A DNA stretch of 64,000 nt from contig JBBACQ010000001.1 in NCBI GenBank assembly GCA_041656935.1, forward strand, positions 29,459-93,458. Reading direction: 5' to 3'. This document shows, piece after piece, positions 19,190-29,031 of this stretch (positions are counted from its first letter, which is position 1; each line of letters begins with the position of its first letter). This stretch comes from Patescibacteria group bacterium. GTDB taxonomy: Bacteria > Patescibacteriota > Patescibacteriia > Patescibacteriales > UBA12465. Position numbers and translations under genes: made by a program. The notes under the pieces were generated by a model, which was given only the letters and a program-made list of their open reading frames with translations, was not told the origin of the DNA and ran no database searches.

Positions 19190-20941
19190 TTATTTTTTAG
19201 CAAAAATTTCTTTTTGTAAATTCTTGAAAAAAATATCTTTCTTAACTTCTTCAATTTTTTGTTCACCTCTTTTTCTAACAGCTAAAATCTTACCCTTAGC
19301 TTCTTTATCTCCAACAACAATAATATAGGGGACCCTTTCTCCAACCGCTTTTCTAATTTTATTAGCTACAGTTTCATTATCAATATCTAATTCTGATCTT
19401 AAGTCTAAATCTAAAAATTCTTTTTTCAATTCTTGACAATAATCAATATGCTTTTCTCCGACCGAAATTATTTTAACCTGAACTGGGGCCATCCAAACTG
19501 GGAAAGCTCCACCATAATGTTCAATTAAAACTCCAAAAAATCTTTCTAACGATCCTAATAAGGCTCGATGAATCATAATGGGACGCTCTTCTTTTTCTGG
19601 CCCTTGATAAGTCATATTAAATTTCTCTGGTAAATTAAAATCTAATTGGATGGTTGTTAATTGCCATTCTCGACCAATAGAGTCTTTGGCTTTAATATCT
19701 AATGATGGACCATAAAATTTAGCTCCACCCTCTTCTACTTCGTAAGGCATATTAAATTCACTCACTAACTCTTTAATAGTTTTCTCAGCTAAATCCCAAA
19801 TTTTATTATCCCCCATATAGTTCTTAATGTTCTTAGGATCACGCACCGCTACATATCCCTTTAAATCAGTAAAACCAAAAACTTTAAACATATCAAAGCT
19901 GAACTTTAGAACTTCACGATATTCATCAACAAATTGATCAGGCCGACAGATAACATGGGCATCGTCTTGAGTAAGACCTCTAACTCTTAACATCCCATTT
20001 AATTCCCCACTCTTTTCATAACGATAAACTGCCCCTAATTCATTCCATCTAAAAGGAAAATCTCGCCACGAACGTGGTTTGGATTTATAAATTTCAACAT
20101 GAAAAGGGCAATTCATTGGTTTAACAAAATATTTATCACCATCAACTTCTATCGGTGAATACATAGAATCTTTAAAAAATCCTAAATGACCACTAGTCTC
20201 CCATAATAAAGACCGACCAATATGTGGAGTATAGACAGTGTCGTAACCTCTTTGGCGATGAAATTGACGCCAAAAAGATTCAACCGCTTCCCTAACTTTA
20301 GCCAACTTAGGATGCCATAATATTAAACCAGGGCCAACTTTTTCACTAATAGAAAAAAGATCTAACTCCTTCCCCAAACGACGATGATCTCTTTTTTCAG
20401 CTTCTTTTAATAAATTTAAATAATCTTTTAAATCTTCGGCCTCAGGAAAAGCAAAGCCATAAATACGAGTTAACATCTTATTCTTTTCATCTCCCCGCCA
20501 ATAAGCTCCGGCAATTTTATTTAACTTAAAAGATCCCTCTTTTACCTTTCCCGAAGATTCTATATGAGGACCACGACATAAATCAGAAAACTCCCCTAAC
20601 TCATAATAGCTCACTTTAGTTTCTCCCTTCTCTTGGAGTTCTTCTAAAATTTCTAATTTATAAACATCTTGCCCAGACCGAGCTTCTTTAATGGCCTCAA
20701 CAATGTCTTTTTCTTTTCTAACAAATTTTAAATTTTGTTTAATAATGTGCTTCATCTTTTTTTCGATAATTAACAAATCAGCTTCGCTGATTTTTTTATC
20801 AAAAAAATCGATGTCATAATAGAAACCATTATCAACATCAGGCCCAATAGCAAACTTAACATCAGGATATGTTCTTAAAACTGCTAAAGCTAAAATATGA
20901 GCTAAAGAATGACGAACCATAATTAAATTTTCTTTTTCCAT
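19190..20941 (-). CDS. thrS: Threonyl-tRNA synthetase (no TGS domain)
   Basis: 583 aa. It begins in the editing domain (RHSLAHILA) and has a class II core and anticodon-binding domain. It is preceded by a Thr-specific T-box leader. Confidence 0.95.
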   Translation of the reverse strand: MEKENLIMVRHSLAHILALAVLRTYPDVKFAIGPDVDNGFYYDIDFFDKKISEADLLIIEKKMKHIIKQNLKFVRKEKDIVEAIKEARSGQDVYKLEILEELQEKGETKVSYYELGEFSDLCRGPHIESSGKVKEGSFKLNKIAGAYWRGDEKNKMLTRIYGFAFPEAEDLKDYLNLLKEAEKRDHRRLGKELDLFSISEKVGPGLILWHPKLAKVREAVESFWRQFHRQRGYDTVYTPHIGRSLLWETSGHLGFFKDSMYSPIEVDGDKYFVKPMNCPFHVEIYKSKPRSWRDFPFRWNELGAVYRYEKSGELNGMLRVRGLTQDDAHVICRPDQFVDEYREVLKFSFDMFKVFGFTDLKGYVAVRDPKNIKNYMGDNKIWDLAEKTIKELVSEFNMPYEVEEGGAKFYGPSLDIKAKDSIGREWQLTTIQLDFNLPEKFNMTYQGPEKEERPIMIHRALLGSLERFFGVLIEHYGGAFPVWMAPVQVKIISVGEKHIDYCQELKKEFLDLDLRSELDIDNETVANKIRKAVGERVPYIIVVGDKEAKGKILAVRKRGEQKIEEVKKDIFFKNLQKEIFAKK

Positions 20942-21165
20942 AGTTTTATTTTAATATATTTATATTATAAAAAATCCCGTTCCAATAATTCAAAGATTAC
21001 AAAAAAGTAAAAAATTGAATTACTAGAACGGGATTTCCCGCGGTTCCATCTAGTTTTCTCTTAACAAAAAGAGACTCCTTGATTATACTAATAAAAACTT
21101 AGTTTCTAATGAAATTGCCCTAAGGCAACTATAGTTGGTGACTACAGCAATCATTTTTAATTAGT
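20942..21165 (-). promoter_or_regulatory. T-box riboswitch leader (Thr specifier) with terminator/antiterminator
   Basis: The minus-strand antiterminator is CUAGA-[UGGAACC]-GCGGG-AAAU-CCCGU-UCUAG (21053-21023), with the canonical 7-nt UGGNACC bulge. The competing terminator pairs AAAUCCCGUUC (21037-21027) with GGAACGGGAUUU (20983-20972), followed by a U-run. The candidate specifier is GAA-ACU-A (ACU at 21103-21101). Confidence 0.8.
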
Positions 21166-21171
21166 ATTTAT

Positions 21172-21200
21172 ATTATACTATTATTTTTTAGAGAGGTCAA
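21172..21200 (-). promoter_or_regulatory. Promoter of the thrS leader
   Basis: Minus strand TTGACC (21200-21195), 17-nt spacer, TATAAT (21177-21172). Confidence 0.65.
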
Positions 21201-21214
21201 ATAGAAAGGTTAAA

Positions 21215-21786
21215 ATACGACGAACGAGCGTCGCAGTTTTTGACGAAAAAATTTCCTAAAATTTAGATCTCAAGAGTAAAAGCTTAAATTTTGGAGAAAG
21301 TTTGAGGAAAAAACGAGAAGCGAAGTGAGTCGTATTGAAAATACGACGAACGAGCATCGCAGTTTTTGACGAAAAAATTTCCTAAAATTTATTTTAGACC
21401 AAAGAGTAAAAGCTTAAATTTTGGAGAAAGTTTGAGGAAAAAACGAGAAGCGAAGTGAGTCGTATTAAAAATACGACGAACGAGCATCGCAGTTTTTGAC
21501 GAAAAAATTTCCTAAAATTTATTTTAGACCAAAGAGTAAAAGCTTAAATTTTGGAGAAAGTTTGAGGAAAAAACGAGAAGCGAAGTGAGTCGTATTAAAA
21601 ATACGACGAACGAGCATCGCAGTTTTTGACGAAAAAATTTCCCAAAATTTATTTTAGACCAAAGAGTAAAAGCTTAAATTTTGGAGAAAGTTTGAGGAAA
21701 AAACGAGAAGCGAAGTGAGTCGTATTGAAAATACGACGAACGAGCATCGCAGTTTTTGACGAAAAAATTTCCCAAAATTTAAGCTT
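21215..21786. repeat. Tandem repeat array, about 130-bp unit x 4.4 copies
   Basis: Unit starts (ATACGACGAA) lie at 21215, 21341, 21471, 21601 and 21731, giving periods of 126, 130, 130 and 130. Units 2-4 are near-identical. Each junction is the palindrome GTCGTATT-N4-AATACGAC. No ORF is present. Confidence 0.95.
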
Positions 21787-22800
21787 TTACATAGTGCGCA
21801 TTTGATTGGTGGCCTGTAAATCCAAAATAGTTTTCTTTAAACCATTTTCTAAAGTAACTACTGGCATCCAATCTAAATCATTCCGAATCTTATAAGTATC
21901 AGGGATATTTAATTGAGTCATAAAAATCTTATTAGGTTGAAAAACTATTTTCGATTTAGAAGAACTTAATTCAATAACTTTTTGGGCGACATCATAAAGT
22001 TTGATATCCTCTTCTGAACCAACATTAAAGGGGCCAGAAAAATCTGATCTAATAACTTTAACGGCCGCATCAATAACATCATCAACATAACAAAGAGAAG
22101 ACGAAAAATTCTCATCACCAAAAATAACGATATCTTCATTATTCAAAGCACTATTAATAAAATCTGGCAACATCTGATCATCTTTCAAGGCCATTCTAGG
22201 TCCATAAGTTCTAAATAATCGGATAATTTTAGCATCTATATTAAAAACCTGGCGATAATTACTAACTAAGGTTTCAGCAAAACGCTTTCCCTCATCATAG
22301 CAACTTCTTTCATTTAAAAAATCAACTTCTCCATTATAATCCTCTTTAGTTTTTAAATTTGGCGACGATTCCTTTCTTAAGCCATAAACCACTGAAGAAG
22401 AAAATTGCAAAAATTTAGACTTATATTTAACGGCTATGTCTAAGGCATTTTTTACCACATAAGAATTAGCTAAAAGAATCTTTTCTTTATTATCAATAAA
22501 ACTTCGCGCCGACATTGGACAGGCTAAATTATAAATCTCCTGGATGCCCTGAAAAGAAATTTTAAATTTATTTAACTCTACCAATTCCTCTAAATCTAAA
22601 GGAGAGCTTAAATCATGATTAATAAAAACAAAATTAGGATTTGATAATAAATGATCGATATTTTTGTGATTGCTACTAGAAAAATTATCAATACAAATAA
22701 CCTTATTTTCTTTAATAAGTTCATCACATAAATTAGAACCGATAAAACCAGCTCCTCCAATTACTAAAATGTTTTTTTTATCAAAAATTACTGGAGACAT
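21787..22800 (-). CDS. NAD-dependent epimerase/dehydratase, UDP-glucuronate decarboxylase (UXS)-like
   Basis: GGAGFIGSNL Rossmann motif and YDEGKRFAETL (YxxxK context typical of UXS). Confidence 0.82.
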   Translation of the reverse strand: MSPVIFDKKNILVIGGAGFIGSNLCDELIKENKVICIDNFSSSNHKNIDHLLSNPNFVFINHDLSSPLDLEELVELNKFKISFQGIQEIYNLACPMSARSFIDNKEKILLANSYVVKNALDIAVKYKSKFLQFSSSVVYGLRKESSPNLKTKEDYNGEVDFLNERSCYDEGKRFAETLVSNYRQVFNIDAKIIRLFRTYGPRMALKDDQMLPDFINSALNNEDIVIFGDENFSSSLCYVDDVIDAAVKVIRSDFSGPFNVGSEEDIKLYDVAQKVIELSSSKSKIVFQPNKIFMTQLNIPDTYKIRNDLDWMPVVTLENGLKKTILDLQATNQMRTM

Positions 22801-22936
22801 ATGTTTAATAAGATTCCTAAGATATTTATAATTCTTGAAACCTTCTAAATTATTTAAAGTTTATAAATAAATATTAATTTTCTTAATATATATTAACACA
22901 AAAATCAATTCTCTCCAATATCGGTTATTTTTTCGA

Positions 22937-24991
22937 CTACTCTTTGATTTCAATAAAATCAACCACTACTCCTCCGGTATAAGAACTTTCTAAACCATAA
23001 AAAGAATCTACCAATTCACCTTTTCCGTTAAAAGCCCTAACATGAGGGGCTCCTCCGGGGCCAGCTCCGGTAATTACTTCATCTAAACCATCTTTATCTA
23101 AATCACCGACGGACAAATTAACCCCATTTCTGAAATTACTGGAATAAGCCAAAAAGCTTTTTATTTTTTGCCCATAAATATCAAAAATTCTTATTTCTGG
23201 TTCCCTATTAGCACCGGGAGAAACTACAATGTCTTTGTTCCCCTTGTTATCCTTGCCATAAATATTAGCCGTTTTAATTTTAACACCACCAAAATAATCC
23301 TCTTCATAAGCGAAAAAATGCCCAGTTAAATTACCCTGCCCGTCAAAAATTTTAACATGAGGTCCACCATTAGAAGCTGGTACCGTTATAATTTCACTTT
23401 TATTATCGCCGTTTAAATCACCAACGGCCAGATTAACTCCCCCATTAAATTTAGCATCATAGGCAAAAAATTGCCCCTGTAAAATTCCCTGATTATCAAA
23501 AATTCTAATATGAGGTCCACCGCTAGGACCAGGCGAGGTAATTATTTCTGTTTTTCCATCACCATTAATATCTCCTAAGGCAACATTAACTCCGCCTCTA
23601 AATTTAGCATCATAAGCAAAAAATTGACCAATTAATTCTCCTTGGTTATTAAAAATTCTAACATGAGGACCACCACCTTCACCCGCTCCAACAACTATCT
23701 CTTCGGAACCATCATTATCTAAATCTCCGCTGGTAATACTTATTGTCCCATTAAAGTCCGGACTATAGGCAAAAAAGCGCCCGGCCTCCTTACCTTTTTT
23801 TCTAACAAAACGAATGGTATTAAAAAGTTCAAACTCATTTTTATATTTTTGAATATTAGATTGAGGGAAAAGTAAAAAATAACCACCCAAGTTTTCCCAT
23901 TTTTCCAAAGCCCAATTAACTGAATTTAACAAATTCACTCGACCACTGCCCAAAGAGGAACCATAATCAGGATTTAAAGAATTAATATTATCAGAACTTT
24001 TTAAAAGCACCTCTAAAACTTGGTCATTATTTAGTTTAGGATTGACTCCTTTAATAACAGCTAAAGATCCACTAACCACCGCCGTTGACATAGAAGTTCC
24101 CGACCAATAGCCATCATAATATTTATTTCTTTGATTATCAATATCGTAAAAATAAGTGGAAAAAAAACTTATTCCTGGGGCTGAAATATCTACACATTTT
24201 TGCCCATAAGATGAAAAAGTAGCTTTCTGATCTAAAGTGTCAGTTCCGGCTACCCCTAAAACAATATTTTTATCTCCTGAACCGGTAAAACAAGCTGGGT
24301 ATAAAGGATTAGTGTCTAAGTTTCCCCCATTATTACCAGCGGCCGCCACTACAATAACACCGGCCCGATGAGCCCTTTCAATCGCCTCTTTAAATCCTTG
24401 ATTATAGCTTAAACCTGAAAAACTAAGATTAATAATGTCTGCTCCATTATTTATAGCATAATCCATAGCTCTAATAACATCATTTATTTTACCCTCACCC
24501 CATTCATTTAAGGCTCGTAGAGGCATTATTCTGGCATTAGAAGCAATTCCGCTAACTCCAATCCCATTATTACTTTTAGCGGAAATTATTCCAGCAATAA
24601 TAGTTCCATGATTTAAACCATCAGAACTACTAAGAGCTCCCTTCTTAGGACTAGGATCAAAATCATTAAGAACAAAATCCCAACCATTAACATCATCAAT
24701 AAAACCATTATTATCATCGTCAATACCATTATCTGAAATTTCAAACTTATTAAGCCAAATTCTTTCTTCTAAATCAGGGTGGTTTATATTTACCCCCGAA
24801 TCAATAACGGCCACAACAATTTTTTCGCCTAATAAAACCTTATCCCAAACAAAATTATAACCAATTTTATTTAGATACCATTGATTATTATAATACTGAT
24901 CGTTAGGCTTATTTTGAGCATTAACATTATTAGCTAAATATAAATTTACCAATAAAAAAAATGCTAAAATTAAAACAGTTTTCTTGTTCAT
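22937..24991 (-). CDS. Secreted subtilisin-like serine protease (S8) with C-terminal FG-GAP/VCBS-like repeats
   Basis: Catalytic triad contexts are VAVIDSGV (D), HGTIIAG (H) and GTSMSTAVVSG (S). There are about five repeats of FFAYDxxFxGGVNxAxGDxNGDGxxEII...GGPHxRIF. The start is set at the MNKKTVLILAFF signal peptide. Confidence 0.85.
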   Translation of the reverse strand: MNKKTVLILAFFLLVNLYLANNVNAQNKPNDQYYNNQWYLNKIGYNFVWDKVLLGEKIVVAVIDSGVNINHPDLEERIWLNKFEISDNGIDDDNNGFIDDVNGWDFVLNDFDPSPKKGALSSSDGLNHGTIIAGIISAKSNNGIGVSGIASNARIMPLRALNEWGEGKINDVIRAMDYAINNGADIINLSFSGLSYNQGFKEAIERAHRAGVIVVAAAGNNGGNLDTNPLYPACFTGSGDKNIVLGVAGTDTLDQKATFSSYGQKCVDISAPGISFFSTYFYDIDNQRNKYYDGYWSGTSMSTAVVSGSLAVIKGVNPKLNNDQVLEVLLKSSDNINSLNPDYGSSLGSGRVNLLNSVNWALEKWENLGGYFLLFPQSNIQKYKNEFELFNTIRFVRKKGKEAGRFFAYSPDFNGTISITSGDLDNDGSEEIVVGAGEGGGPHVRIFNNQGELIGQFFAYDAKFRGGVNVALGDINGDGKTEIITSPGPSGGPHIRIFDNQGILQGQFFAYDAKFNGGVNLAVGDLNGDNKSEIITVPASNGGPHVKIFDGQGNLTGHFFAYEEDYFGGVKIKTANIYGKDNKGNKDIVVSPGANREPEIRIFDIYGQKIKSFLAYSSNFRNGVNLSVGDLDKDGLDEVITGAGPGGAPHVRAFNGKGELVDSFYGLESSYTGGVVVDFIEIKE

Positions 24992-25032
24992 ACTGGTAAA
25001 TTTTAGCATAATTTTATAAAAAGGCAAAATGA

Positions 25033-25677
25033 TTAAGCTTTGTTTTCTTTAGTGTTTTTAGAATCGTCACTATCTTTATTTTTGTTAACTTCTTCACTGA
25101 TCGGTAGCTCTTCAACTTTAACTTCAGGCGCTTCTTCTTTTTGTTGTTCTATAATAGTCGCCACTGAATCTTCTAGATTATTTAAAACCTTCATACCCTT
25201 AGGTAAGTTGATATCACTAATTTTAATAATATCTCCAACTTCTTCTAAGACAGAAATATTAATATCAATATGATCAACTAAATCACTTGGTAAACATTCC
25301 ACCAAAATTTCGTTTATATTCTTAACTAACATCGCTCCTGACTCTTTAACAGCCTTAGACTCTCCTATAAACTCAAGTGGAATTTCAGTAGTTATCTCTT
25401 TATCCATATCAACTTTATAAAAATCAACATGGTTAATAAAATCCTTAATTGGATTCCTCTGGACCTCTTTAACTAAAACATTTATTTTACCTTTATCACC
25501 AAGTTCTAATTCAATTAAATTAGACTCACCAGCCAAATCATAAACTTTTATGAAATCATTTAATTTTAAAGACAAAGAAGTACTCTCCAAGCCTGATCCA
25601 TAAACGACAGCCGGAATAAAATCTTTCTCTAATTTTTCTTTCTGGTCTCTGATTTGAGACTTTAAATTAATAGTCAT
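25033..25677 (-). CDS. rplY: 50S ribosomal protein L25/general stress protein Ctc
   Basis: The N-terminal RDQKEKLEKDFIPAVVYG pattern, a two-domain Ctc-type length and an acidic/lysine tail. The start is placed at MTINLK, although the ORF track begins 6 codons earlier. Confidence 0.82.
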   Translation of the reverse strand: MTINLKSQIRDQKEKLEKDFIPAVVYGSGLESTSLSLKLNDFIKVYDLAGESNLIELELGDKGKINVLVKEVQRNPIKDFINHVDFYKVDMDKEITTEIPLEFIGESKAVKESGAMLVKNINEILVECLPSDLVDHIDINISVLEEVGDIIKISDINLPKGMKVLNNLEDSVATIIEQQKEEAPEVKVEELPISEEVNKNKDSDDSKNTKENKA

Positions 25678-25705
25678 AGTTTTAAAATATATCAAAAATT
25701 ATAGA

Positions 25706-26806
25706 TTATATTTTTGATTTAATTATAATATTTTGAATAATTCCAATTAAGGTAAACTTAGCTAAAAGAGCACTTCCTCCATAACTAATAAAAGGTAGGG
25801 ATATTCCTACCACTGGAATTATTCCGACGTTCATACCAATATTAATAAACATTTCAATAAAAATCAAGACCATGGCCCCTAAGACGAAGAATATAGCGAA
25901 ATCATCCTTCATTTTGCTAACATTTGATAATAAGCGCCAAAAAAGAACAAAATAAATAAACAATAAAAGAGACACCCCCAGAAATCCCAATTCTTCAGAA
26001 ATAACTGAAAAAATAAAGTCATTTTGCGCTTCCGGCAAGAATTTTAATTGTGATTGCGAACCAAATCCGACTCCCCGCCCCATTATTCCACCCGAACCAA
26101 CGGCGATTAAAGCTTGATTGACATTATAACTACCGCTTAAAGAATTCTGCCCCGGATTTAACAAGGTTGAAATTCTGGTTTTTTGGTAAGGTTCAAAATA
26201 AAAATTCCAAACTAAGAAGGCTCCTAAAATTAAAGGTATTATAATCAATAAAAAATAACGACGCTCAAAACCAACTAAAATTAATATAACAAACCAAATT
26301 GAAAATAAAATAATAGCTGGACCAAAATCGGGTTGGAGCAAAACTAAAAAGACAAAACCAAAGGTCCCTAAAAAAGATAAAATTAATGATTTTAAAGGTC
26401 GCATTTTAACAGCCGAGTTAGAAAAGAAACGAGCTAAAAATATTATTAAAATTATTTTAACAAATTCTACCGGTTGAAAACTAAATCCAAAAATTTCAAA
26501 CCAACCAGTTGTTCCCCGAACAGTCTTACCTAAAAATAAAACTAAAATTAATAAAAAAATACCAAAACCATAAATAATTCTATTAAAACTTTTAAAAAAA
26601 TTATAATCGATAAAAGAAAAAGTAAAAAAAGAAATCAAGGCTAGAACAATAGCAATAATTTGTTTTCTGAAATTTAATAAACTAACAGTCTCCTGCCCTA
26701 AAGCAATACTATATATTTCAATCAAACCAAAAAGCGACAATAATAAAATTGCGGAAAAAATAATCCAGTCAAAATTAAGAAAATAATATTTAAGTTTGTT
26801 TAACAT
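25706..26806 (-). CDS. FtsW/RodA/SpoVE (SEDS) family peptidoglycan polymerase
   Basis: 366 aa with about 10 TM segments and conserved QPxEFxK (FQPVEFVKI) and SQLKFLPEAQNDFIF motifs. Confidence 0.88.
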   Translation of the reverse strand: MLNKLKYYFLNFDWIIFSAILLLSLFGLIEIYSIALGQETVSLLNFRKQIIAIVLALISFFTFSFIDYNFFKSFNRIIYGFGIFLLILVLFLGKTVRGTTGWFEIFGFSFQPVEFVKIILIIFLARFFSNSAVKMRPLKSLILSFLGTFGFVFLVLLQPDFGPAIILFSIWFVILILVGFERRYFLLIIIPLILGAFLVWNFYFEPYQKTRISTLLNPGQNSLSGSYNVNQALIAVGSGGIMGRGVGFGSQSQLKFLPEAQNDFIFSVISEELGFLGVSLLLFIYFVLFWRLLSNVSKMKDDFAIFFVLGAMVLIFIEMFINIGMNVGIIPVVGISLPFISYGGSALLAKFTLIGIIQNIIIKSKI

Positions 26807-26853
26807 TTTTTATTTCTAATTTTATTAATTGAATATTACCAAGGTTTTGTCCT

Positions 26854-27615
26854 TTAATTGGAATGAAAAAATAAATTAAGAAAGATCATTAAACTTAAGC
26901 CAATAAAAATTCCTAATAATTGTTTTAGCGACTCCTTTATTTTATAATCCTTTTTCAACTCCGGAATTAAATCAGAGGAAGCAATGTAAATAAAGCCTCC
27001 AGCGGTTATAGGAATGATAATTTCGATAAAACCATCTAGATAACTACCTAAAACCATCATAACGATAGCTCCCAAGATTGAAAAAGAGGCTGAAATAAAA
27101 TTATAAAATAAAGCTTTTTTAACTTTATAGCCAGCATGTATTAAAACACCGAAATCTCCAATCTCTTGCGGAACCTCATGACTGATAACGGCAATAGTGG
27201 TAAAAACTCCTAACCGAACATCAATTAAAAATGCTCCGGCAATAACCATACCATCAATTAAATTATGCAAACCATCACCGACTAAGTTCATCGGACCAAT
27301 AGGATGAGGATGATCGTCGCAAGTAGGGACATGACAATGTCGCCAATGAATTATTTTTTCTAATATAAAAAATAAAACAATTCCTCCTAACACTCCAAGC
27401 CAAACCCCATTATCATGGTGATCTGACATCTCAACGGCTTCTGGAATTAAATGTAAAAAAGCATTCCCTAACAAGGCTCCAGTCGACAAACTAACTAAAA
27501 ACATTATAATCTTTTTTAATCTCTTGATGGAAAAACTTAAGAAAAAAACACCCACTAGAGAAATTAGTGAAGTTAAGAGTGAAGCCAATAAAATATAAAG
27601 ATAAACTTTAGGCAT
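26854..27615 (-). CDS. ZIP family divalent metal (zinc) transporter
   Basis: Polytopic with His-rich loops (HWRHCHVPTCDDHPHP) and HEVPQEIGDF, the ZupT/ZIP signature. Confidence 0.8.
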   Translation of the reverse strand: MPKVYLYILLASLLTSLISLVGVFFLSFSIKRLKKIIMFLVSLSTGALLGNAFLHLIPEAVEMSDHHDNGVWLGVLGGIVLFFILEKIIHWRHCHVPTCDDHPHPIGPMNLVGDGLHNLIDGMVIAGAFLIDVRLGVFTTIAVISHEVPQEIGDFGVLIHAGYKVKKALFYNFISASFSILGAIVMMVLGSYLDGFIEIIIPITAGGFIYIASSDLIPELKKDYKIKESLKQLLGIFIGLSLMIFLNLFFHSN

Positions 27616-27653
27616 ATTATTTAATTTTAGATACTAGCTAAATTATTTGGGAA

Positions 27654-28037
27654 TTATTTTTCATCTTTTTTCTTCTCGTATTCGGAAATTACTTTTTTTA
27701 ACCCTTCTACTGCTAAAACCGAACAATGAACTTTCTGCTGAGGCAGACCATCAAGTTTTTTAACTATTTTATTCCAATCAAATTTTTTGGCCTCTTCTAG
27801 AGTCATCCCCTTAACCATTTCGGTCATAACTGAAGCGGTGGCAATATTAGAAGCACAACCAAATGATAAAAATTTAATATCTTTAACTTTATCATCTTTA
27901 ACTTTAAGAGTAAAAGATAATTGATCTCCACAAACCATGTTCCCTACTTCGGCTCGAGCATCGGGTTTTTTTATTTCTCCGATATTTTTAGGATAACGGA
28001 AATGTTGCATGGTTTTTTTGCTATAATTTAAGGCCAT
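27654..28037 (-). CDS. iscU: Fe-S cluster scaffold protein, IscU/NifU N-terminal type
   Basis: 127 aa with three conserved Cys contexts: VCGDQL, GCASNIAT and VHCSVLA. Confidence 0.88.
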   Translation of the reverse strand: MALNYSKKTMQHFRYPKNIGEIKKPDARAEVGNMVCGDQLSFTLKVKDDKVKDIKFLSFGCASNIATASVMTEMVKGMTLEEAKKFDWNKIVKKLDGLPQQKVHCSVLAVEGLKKVISEYEKKKDEK

Positions 28038-28047
28038 ATATTTTAGA

Positions 28048-28935
28048 TTAATTCTTAAAAAAATTATTTGTTATTTTCCGAGCTTGTAAGGCACTCCGCT
28101 CCTTATCTTTTATTTCTAACATGATATCGAAATCTATTCCTCGAGTTTCCTCTAAATACCGTCTGAAATCACTCACTACTAAGCTTTGGGTGTGTTTCCC
28201 CTCTTTAGCCCCTTTTTCTTGGCTACTATAATCAGACATGATTATTCCATCCTTTTTACTCCAAGTTTTTTGAACAAGTTTTAAGGATTGATAAAAGCTC
28301 TCTCCATTATTTAAACAAAAATGATGAAAAGAGTCAAAAATAACTGGAATAGCTATTTTCTTAGAAATTGCTAAACAGTCTTTCAACGAATAGGATCGAT
28401 CGTCGTTTTCAATGACCAATCTTTTTTTTATTGACGACGGTAATTTTAAATAATTTTTAATAAACCGATCTATGGCTGAAACTTTATCTCCGTACACTCC
28501 CCCCACATGAATTTGAACTTTATGCTCAGGGTTTAAATTCATTAAATCTAGAACCTGACAATGCCACTTTAATTCAGCAATACTATTTCTCACAATTTCC
28601 TCTTGTGGAGAATTAATTACAGTAAATTGGCTAGGATGCATGGAAATCCTAAAATTATTATCCTTAATAAATTTTCCTAATTTCTGAAATCTTTTTTTAA
28701 AAAAAGACGGCCAATCGAAAGTGCAAATTGGATGGCTAGCAAAAGGAACTAGATTAGATCCAATTCTAAAAAATAAGAGATCGTTTTGGAGATTAAACTT
28801 TAAAATTTTCTCTAAACAATCTAAATTGTCATTAACTTTTTTTATTAAATTTTCCTCCGAATAATTAGCTAGTCTAAAAGTAGTATTAGAAGTGCAATTT
28901 ATTCTGGTGTTAATACAGGGATAACCTATTTTCAT
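28048..28935 (-). CDS. uvdE: UV damage endonuclease UvdE/UvsE
   Basis: MKIGYPCIN...TFRLANY N-terminus, with HPSQF and IHVGG motifs of the UvdE TIM-barrel family. Confidence 0.85.
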   Translation of the reverse strand: MKIGYPCINTRINCTSNTTFRLANYSEENLIKKVNDNLDCLEKILKFNLQNDLLFFRIGSNLVPFASHPICTFDWPSFFKKRFQKLGKFIKDNNFRISMHPSQFTVINSPQEEIVRNSIAELKWHCQVLDLMNLNPEHKVQIHVGGVYGDKVSAIDRFIKNYLKLPSSIKKRLVIENDDRSYSLKDCLAISKKIAIPVIFDSFHHFCLNNGESFYQSLKLVQKTWSKKDGIIMSDYSSQEKGAKEGKHTQSLVVSDFRRYLEETRGIDFDIMLEIKDKERSALQARKITNNFFKN

Positions 28936-29031
28936 TTTTGTAAATAAAAAATAATACTCTTATTATATACTTTTTTTCATAAAAAAACAAAGCCAAAGAT
29001 TTAGCTTTTTTAAAAAATACTTTAAAGATTA

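Noticed and set aside
21215-21786. Tandem repeat array considered as a CRISPR array
   Set aside because: The 130-bp units abut directly with no unique spacers. The unit length is far beyond CRISPR repeat size, and no cas genes are in the window.
21215-21786. TAATACGACTCACT considered as cloning-vector (T7 promoter) contamination
   Set aside because: The match ends at position -4. The sequence continues TCGCTTCTCG rather than ATAGGG. It is embedded in a multi-copy AT-rich native repeat with variant copies (CAATACGAC...), and the flanking genes are contiguous and intact.
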